Positions 58,111 to 64,000 of a DNA stretch of 64,000 nt are shown here, one piece after another (the first letter of the stretch is position 1; each line of letters begins with the position of its first letter). The DNA comes from a virus: the IMG/VR virus record IMGVR_UViG_3300036668_000241, positions 8,329 to 72,328 of that record; one strand, 5' to 3'. Made by a program: the position numbers and the translations under genes. The notes below the pieces were generated by a model. It was not told the DNA's origin, searched no databases, and saw nothing but the letters and a program-made list of their open reading frames with translations.

Positions 58111-58503
58111 ATGGCTATACGCAAAACGAACAAGGGAACCGTATCGGTATCCCATAAGGGCGCGCTGGTTGCAACCGGCGAGGTAGCCGAAGCAGTAGCA
58201 GTCATCAGTAACATGCGTGCTACTAAGAAACAATGCACGAACAAAGAAAAGACTGCCAAGGATCTTGTGGAGCAGGCTGCTGGGAACCGCGCTCGAATTA
58301 TCCTCAATGAGGACGGGGACGTAATTTGCGAGATCATCAAAGTTGTTGCCGAAACAACCAAACTTGATGACTTCATTATTGAACTAGAACGGCTGTACCC
58401 AAAAGAGTGGGCGGTACTCATGGACTCCGACCCCAGGGCGATTGAACTGACCAAGGTCGCTGCTACTAAAGAGGGAGTGAGTTACAGAGTTATGCCGAAG
58501 TAA
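58111..58503 (+). CDS. Hypothetical protein, paralog of 63393-63785
   Basis: AAGGAG RBS, MAIRK...; TTGCAT-17-TAAACT (58039-58067). Confidence 0.7.
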   Translation: MAIRKTNKGTVSVSHKGALVATGEVAEAVAVISNMRATKKQCTNKEKTAKDLVEQAAGNRARIILNEDGDVICEIIKVVAETTKLDDFIIELERLYPKEWAVLMDSDPRAIELTKVAATKEGVSYRVMPK

Positions 58504-58636
58504 TCGGAGCGTGAGGGGATCCCCAATCGGGATCCTCTCACAATCGGTTAGTAGCACGACACGGCGCGCAGGGGGCAGGCTTGCATTGTCGGTCAGAACT
58601 GATAAACTGGACACACCACCTACGAAAGGACACCAG

Positions 58637-58870
58637 ATGACAACAATCTTGAATCCACAAAGCAGTCGGATACGGTTATTCGTTTCCATGCAAGCACTGG
58701 ACATGTATCTAAAGAGCAACGGGGCGATGGAACTCACTCGCAACGGATCACGAAACGCGGTTGCGATTATCGAGGAAGCAACCGGCAAGACATACAAGCG
58801 GTCAATGAAAGGCAAGCGCGAAGCACTAACGGACGTTAAGGACTTGCTGGGCGAGGGGATATCATCATGA
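58637..58870 (+). CDS. Hypothetical protein
   Basis: GAAAGGA RBS, MTTILNP. Confidence 0.6.
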   Translation: MTTILNPQSSRIRLFVSMQALDMYLKSNGAMELTRNGSRNAVAIIEEATGKTYKRSMKGKREALTDVKDLLGEGISS

Positions 58871-59256
58871 GTCGCAGGTACGAAACAACAAAGACCGACC
58901 TAGACAACTATCGGTTAATCACGGACAAAGTGCGCGAGGATCTGCGCGAGGAGTTTGGTTTAGTTGCTACTAAGTATGACGGCGTAGAGGTGCTAACAAT
59001 TAGAGGAGACCTAGGCGTATGCACAGAGTGCCTACGGAAAGACCGCGCAGAATCTGAAACAGACGTCTCCACAGTCGTCTACAACTTGATTGTGCCGGTG
59101 CAAGAGGATCACGGCGTGGACTGGACAGAAGGCGAGACAGTCTGTGATGAGTGCGGTGAGATTAGTTGGTGTTCAACAATGGACGAACTTGATGAGTCCA
59201 ACCGTCAAGATGCAGGCGAGGCGCGCTACGAACAGATGAAAGATGAGGGGTGGTGA
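58867..59256 (+). CDS. Zn-binding hypothetical protein
   Basis: CTEC...CDECG. Confidence 0.6.
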   Translation: MSRRYETTKTDLDNYRLITDKVREDLREEFGLVATKYDGVEVLTIRGDLGVCTECLRKDRAESETDVSTVVYNLIVPVQEDHGVDWTEGETVCDECGEISWCSTMDELDESNRQDAGEARYEQMKDEGW

Positions 59257-59387
59257 ACACGGTGACCCTCACGGAGAAGGGAGAAAACGTGCTACTAAGA
59301 GTATGGGCAACCGTCAAGGTGACGGGCGCGATAGGTGGGATCCTTGCAATCATGTTGGTTGCAGGCGCGATAGAAGCGGGCGGTTGA
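59253..59387 (+). CDS. Small membrane peptide (44 aa)
   Basis: GTGA overlap; hydrophobic C-terminal half. Confidence 0.45.
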   Translation: MNTVTLTEKGENVLLRVWATVKVTGAIGGILAIMLVAGAIEAGG

Positions 59388-59388
59388 A

Positions 59389-59661
59389 ATGAACGGATAT
59401 GCAGTTGCTACTAAGAGAGTGAACTTCGAGATTGAGAACGGATCCGAAGTCTGGGAGATAATGATGCAGGTAATGAGTGACGGAATGACTTTTGTATTCG
59501 CAGAAACAGAATATGAATCGCCATTCGGAGTACAGCGCGACATTCACGACGGACTGGACTTCGATACCGCGCCGACAGTTGCAGACATTCTGATGCGGAT
59601 AGACGAAGAACGCGAGAATCTCTGGGATCAAGAGCAGGAGAGATCCCAAGCACCTGATTAA
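59389..59661 (+). CDS. Acidic hypothetical protein
   Basis: Coupled ORF. Confidence 0.55.
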   Translation: MNGYAVATKRVNFEIENGSEVWEIMMQVMSDGMTFVFAETEYESPFGVQRDIHDGLDFDTAPTVADILMRIDEERENLWDQEQERSQAPD

Positions 59662-59824
59662 GTAGCACGACAGGGGAAGGAGAAATCCTTCCCCAGTTGT
59701 GTCGGTAACCCCTAAAAAACGTTTTTTGGGGACAGACCTTTTTTTGCTTAGGCTTGCACTTAGTGTCGAGTTCGCGTATTCTCTTAGTAGCACAAACAAT
59801 CACCTACAACGAAGGAGAGACATC

Positions 59825-60130
59825 ATGGCACTAAGTTACGCGGGCATTAAGGGCAAGATCTCCGAGCGCGAAATCTTTACCGGCAACAGCATGACTGCCG
59901 AGTACGTCCAGAATGAATACGCCTCATTAGGGCGACTCCCAACCCATGACGCAAGCGTCCTACGCGCCGACATTCAACGCGCAAAAGACAATGCCGACAG
60001 CGTTTATGTAATCTATTCGTATGCCACGCCGATTGCATGGGCATACGGTGACACGGTGCGCGTACCAGAGGTTAAGTACAGCGTTACCACGTCGAAGCAA
60101 CAGAGTCTAGTGCGCGGATACCTAAGGTAG
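59825..60130 (+). CDS. Conserved phage protein (YSY.TPIA...YSVTTSK.Q type)
   Basis: AAGGAG RBS; TTGCAC-17-TATTCT (59754-59782). Confidence 0.7.
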   Translation: MALSYAGIKGKISEREIFTGNSMTAEYVQNEYASLGRLPTHDASVLRADIQRAKDNADSVYVIYSYATPIAWAYGDTVRVPEVKYSVTTSKQQSLVRGYLR

Positions 60131-60139
60131 ACTTGCATC

Positions 60140-60313
60140 ATGGCTAATCGTGCTACTAAGAAGGACAGGGGGCGCACCTTGTACGGGGTAGGTGCGCCCG
60201 GAAACTTCGCGCTCAATACTCACGCGCCACGCTTTGCCGACAGGCGCACGAAACGAAACAGATCACGCGCCGAAATCGAGCGCAAAGCAGTTAATGAGTC
60301 TAAGTCTAGTTAG
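60140..60313 (+). CDS. Small basic protein (57 aa)
   Basis: Read manually: MANRATKK...DRRTKRNRSRAEIERKA; motif copies near start and at stop. Confidence 0.55.
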   Translation: MANRATKKDRGRTLYGVGAPGNFALNTHAPRFADRRTKRNRSRAEIERKAVNESKSS

Positions 60314-60393
60314 TAGCAGGCAGTCTTGCACTTGTCAGAGAATACTGATACGCTGGATACATACCGCAAAGCGCGGTCAAGATAGGGGACATC

Positions 60394-60588
60394 ATGATTA
60401 TTAAAGTTCAAGATTATCATTTTGATTGGATATGGCACATCATGTATCAGCCACACATGGAGATGATCACGCTACCCCAAGGGGGGGAAGTCATGTTTCT
60501 ATCTGATGAAACCAAATCAATCCGGTTGGACACAATTAAAAAGATTAAGTTCGTGGCCGAACTTCCAATAGTTGCTACTAAGAGATAG
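60394..60588 (+). CDS. Hypothetical protein
   Basis: TTGCAC-17-TACGCT (60326-60354), AGGGGA RBS. Confidence 0.5.
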   Translation: MIIKVQDYHFDWIWHIMYQPHMEMITLPQGGEVMFLSDETKSIRLDTIKKIKFVAELPIVATKR

Positions 60589-60948
60589 GGATCAAATGAA
60601 AAAGACGAGCGAATTCGCCACACTCGAAGAGTATGACGCATACCTTGACATTTTGATAGGAGACAGGTCGGGGATCCATACTCGTTGCGAGGACTTTCCG
60701 TGCTGCGGTCACGGACAAGACGGCTGCCACAATAAACAGACGTAAAGTCTCAAAGACCAAGCCCTCACCCTCACAGCTGTGGGCTTGGTCTTTTGGTAGC
60801 AGGGGATGGAACCCCAAATTTCATTTTTTGGGGGTAGAGGGCGAATTAGGTGCTCGTTGCGGTCAAGCTTGCTTTTGTCAGTCCCATGTGGTGTACTTCT
60901 CTTAGTAGCAGTTCTGCGAAATACGCGGATCGAAAGGGGCGGGGAGAT

Positions 60949-61158
60949 ATGCCAAAGCAAGGGACAGTCACAGTAGTTTCAGTCCGACCATTCTGTGACT
61001 TTGGATGCACGTCAGAGGCAAAAATTGACGGGCGCACCCAAATGGGATCATGGGCGAATATGTGCTTAAATCATTGGCTCATGTACGGCTGCGGGAAATT
61101 GGGCGTGGGGCACGGTCAAAAGCTGGCACTTGCCCCTAAGAATGAAGGGGGCGAGTGA
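60949..61158 (+). CDS. Small Zn-binding protein
   Basis: CDFGC...DG.T..GSWANMC..H...LG.G.GQ. Confidence 0.65.
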   Translation: MPKQGTVTVVSVRPFCDFGCTSEAKIDGRTQMGSWANMCLNHWLMYGCGKLGVGHGQKLALAPKNEGGE

Positions 61159-61159
61159 T

Positions 61160-61498
61160 ATGGGATTCGACATGAGTCTGGACTACGCCAATGGGACATG
61201 TTTACAGGGGCGCATAGACATAACTAGAGCGCGTATCGAAGAGGTGTTTGGCGCACCTCTGTACGACAGCACCGACAATGACGAAAAAGTCATGACAGAG
61301 TGGGGCATCATGTTTGATGATGGAACATGCGCGACTATCTATGACTGGAAACGCTACGAAATGGGCGCGGTTGGATTCCATGAAGTTTATGACTGGCACA
61401 TAGGTGGAACTAGCCATGATGCTATGGACAAGGTTACAGCGTTGCTACTAAAGAGAGGGGGTGAGCGAGATGACTGGAGTTACATTAACAATTCATGA
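61160..61498 (+). CDS. Conserved phage protein
   Basis: GT.LQG...KV..EW...ATIYDWK...WHIGG. Confidence 0.7.
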   Translation: MGFDMSLDYANGTCLQGRIDITRARIEEVFGAPLYDSTDNDEKVMTEWGIMFDDGTCATIYDWKRYEMGAVGFHEVYDWHIGGTSHDAMDKVTALLLKRGGERDDWSYINNS

Positions 61499-62042
61499 TC
61501 AGGCTAAGGGGATTGCTCCGACACAAACTTTCACGTTTGAGTGCCATAGTCCCGAAAGACTGGCAGAAATTGTTCAGGGCACGTTCGACAACATGCCAGA
61601 GAGTGCGCGGATTACGCAGATTCATGTGAACTAATTAGATTTACTTAGTAGCACGACACCTACCTTAAGGTGTTGCCTAAGTAATTAGGATTCGGAGAGG
61701 GGGACACGCGCCCCCTCTCCACACCATAACAGTGTGCTACTAAGAGAGAGAGACATCATGACAACAGACAAAGCAAAGACGATTACAGGGGTAGTCCTAT
61801 CCTTGGCCATAGTTGGGACGCTGGTAGGCATGGTTATGTCCATGCAAAGTCACGGACTACTTTGGTAGCACGCGAAAATTAAAGGGGAGTCGCGGAGATT
61901 CGTGGCTCCCGTTTAGTTTCGAGGAACCAGAAAAAATGTTTTTTCTGACATCCCCGCCGCGCGGTCAGACTTGACAGATAATTATTTTCATGATGTAATT
62001 CTTCTATCACTCCAAGGGGGGTGATCAACGAAAGGACACAGC

Positions 62043-62417
62043 ATGAGGGCATTGACAGTGAACGCAGAGACACTAGAAACAACTCTGATTGACCTGCCAC
62101 GCGAGGGCGCACTTGCACAATTACAGCATGAAGTTGGCGGATATATCGAAGCGGTACGGTTAGAAGAGTTTGATTTCTATCTCAATGAAGAGGGCAAGAT
62201 GATTGGCCTACCTCTCAATGAAGTGGGCACGCTGCTTTGGGAGAGCGTATATGGTCAGACCGACGTGATCATGGGTAATATCGTTGTCGTAGGTAAGCCT
62301 GATGATGAGGGCTACGAAACAGAGTTAAGTTTAGAGAGCGCGCAAGAGATTCAGAATATCGCCATTACGTTGCAAGTCACGCGGTTTGGTAATGCGCTTA
62401 TGGCGCGCGGTAACTAA
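62043..62417 (+). CDS. DUF3846-like protein
   Basis: LQ..VGGYIE...NEEGK..GLPLN...D.I.G..V..G; TTGACA-17-TGTAAT (61971-61999). Confidence 0.75.
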   Translation: MRALTVNAETLETTLIDLPREGALAQLQHEVGGYIEAVRLEEFDFYLNEEGKMIGLPLNEVGTLLWESVYGQTDVIMGNIVVVGKPDDEGYETELSLESAQEIQNIAITLQVTRFGNALMARGN

Positions 62418-62861
62418 TCCTAGTCAAGGGGAGAGAGTGCATGTCTGACATTCTCTCCCCCTACACTTTAGTAGCACGATTTATATGCTACTAAGAAAGA
62501 CACGCAAAGCGTCGCTCAGCAAAGAGTAAGGCTCGCGCACGTCGCGCATCACGCAACCAACGCCCATTGACAGGCGTGGACATCATTGGCGGTATCGCCC
62601 TCATGTTCGGATTCATATTGTTCGTAGCACTATTCGTTTAATCGTGCTACTAAGAGAAGGGGAGATCATGACAACACAGACACAGACACTTTGCAAGGAT
62701 TGCAATATGTATCCTGCGATTCAGATTCAGCCGGAATACACAGAGCGTTGCCGGTACTGCCACAATAAATTGTGGAAGAAATAATCATGCTACTAAGAGG
62801 GAGCACGATGATGATTTATGTTCCCATTATTCATGCTACTAAGAGAGAGAGTGACAAAGAG

Positions 62862-63134
62862 ATGACAACACCATTGATATTTATCACAGATCCTGGACAT
62901 GGTTGGCTAGAGGTAGACCTAGCAGATTTCCCAGAAGCATTTGATTGTGGGACAGGATACGGATACATAGACGAAGCGCGCGGAAAGATATACCTCGAAG
63001 AGGATACAGAGCTTTGGGCATTCTTGAAGACTCACCCAGAGATTAACGACCGCATTACAGAGAAGGTGTGGGCAGACAGAGACGCACCATTGCGAAGCCT
63101 GCCAAGGAACGAGGCCAGACTTGTGAGGGCGTAG
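62862..63134 (+). CDS. Conserved phage protein (DPGHGWL...YLEED)
   Basis: Motif recognition; probable start MTTPL. Confidence 0.65.
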   Translation: MTTPLIFITDPGHGWLEVDLADFPEAFDCGTGYGYIDEARGKIYLEEDTELWAFLKTHPEINDRITEKVWADRDAPLRSLPRNEARLVRA

Positions 63135-63392
63135 GTATTAGTAGCGAGGGGGCGTGGCGAGAGTCGCGCAGCGAGACTTACGCGGATCATTGTCGCGTAA
63201 CCCATCAGCCCACAGAGTGACCCACAGAGATTATCTGTGGGTTGCTGTGTTATCAGTAGCAAAGCCCCCTAACCCCAAAAAATGTTTTTTAGGGCTGGTG
63301 TTTTTTCGAGGTTTGACTTGCTTATTGTTTCAATTCATGGCACAATTGACCTATCGCCGAAAGACGGTGGTGAACGACGAAGGGACAGGCTC

Positions 63393-63785
63393 ATGGCCGT
63401 AAGAAAAAGTGTTAGGGGCACAGTCACTGTGACCAAGCAAGGCGCGATCGTCGCAAATGAGATCGTGACAAAAGCAATCGCAGACATCAGCAACATGCGT
63501 GCTACTAAGAGAGAGTGCACTAAGGCTGAGGACGCTGCCAAGGTGGTTGTCTATCAGGCGGTCGGGGATCGTGCTCGCATGATTCTTGATCTCGAAGGTA
63601 ACCTAATCTGCGAGGTCAAAGAGGTCATGACTAACAAAGTCACTGTCGATGCCTTCGTGGACGCGCTGGAGACCTTATTTCCCACAGTCTGGATCGCTTT
63701 GATGGACATCAACCCTCACGCGGTAGAGAGTGCTAAAAAGTTGGCGAATGAGCAGGACAGTTACCTAAAAGTCCTCCCCAAATAA
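63393..63785 (+). CDS. Hypothetical protein, paralog of 58111-58503
   Basis: MAVRK...ISNMRATK; TTGCTT-17-CACAAT (63318-63346). Confidence 0.7.
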   Translation: MAVRKSVRGTVTVTKQGAIVANEIVTKAIADISNMRATKRECTKAEDAAKVVVYQAVGDRARMILDLEGNLICEVKEVMTNKVTVDAFVDALETLFPTVWIALMDINPHAVESAKKLANEQDSYLKVLPK

Positions 63786-64000
63786 TTCAGCCGAGGGGGG
63801 AGGGCGTGAGTCCTCTCCCCTAGTAGCAGGGGCGTGGCGAGAGTCGCGCCCCTTCTCTGATGGGGAATCCCCAAATTTCATTTTTTGGGGATCCACAAAC
63901 TGCGCGGATAGCTTCCTAGGTGCTCGCTTGCTTGCTCGTTCCTCTCCCCGTTTTTTGGGGGCCTTCTCCCTCGAGTGAGCTCGCTCCTCCTCCTCTCTCC

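Larger units (their letters stand above)
50525..63508. repeat. Dispersed asymmetric motif TTAGTAGCA (extended CTTAGTAGCACGA), 36 exact copies
   Basis: 18 copies on + and 18 on - counted by eye; positions given in findings. Confidence 0.95.

Noticed and set aside
50525-63508. TTAGTAGCA repeats as a CRISPR array or integron attC array
   Set aside because: Only 9-13 bp, irregular spacing, both orientations, often inside genes; no cas or integrase gene seen
55639-63508. TGCTACTAA as simply an extended -10 promoter element
   Set aside because: It lacks the conserved final T of TANNNT, and separate canonical -35/-10 promoters are present nearby; recognition by a phage sigma factor is not excluded
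1-64000. Stop-codon reassignment or prophage context
   Set aside because: Conserved genes are intact under the standard code with TAG, TAA and TGA all used as stops; no host flank or integrase visible

Overview
This window is part of a large lytic dsDNA tailed-phage genome, most likely infecting an actinobacterium (ClgR-like regulator, r1t-type holin, gp88-like and Rpf-like genes, actinobacterial-type tRNA). No capsid, portal or integrase gene is seen, so it is only part of the genome. The left part (1-44.7 kb, mostly minus strand) encodes Gly-rich and collagen-like fibre proteins, a metallophosphoesterase, a prim-pol/D5 helicase, TerL, ThyX, a second fibre module, a glycosidase-like/methyltransferase pair, tRNAs, a class II ribonucleotide reductase with a LAGLIDADG intein, an RNA ligase and lysins. 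A 0.7-kb non-coding strand switch at 44.7-45.4 kb holds a 33-bp inverted repeat (candidate origin). The right part (45.4-64 kb, plus strand) carries the holin, a TerS-like gene, a tRNA(CAT) and an early-type region of small genes with many sigma-70/SigA promoters and a MoxR-VWA pair. The strongest unexplained signal is the asymmetric 9-mer TTAGTAGCA. I counted by eye 36 exact copies between 50.5 and 63.5 kb, in both orientations, between and inside genes in several frames, against two in the preceding 50 kb. Also notable are two structured non-coding RNA candidates bounded by promoter and terminator (22.8-22.9 kb, 32.5-32.7 kb), a GCGGCCCG cluster in the TerS-like gene and atypical tRNA genes. 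Product calls come from motif recognition only; no database search was run.
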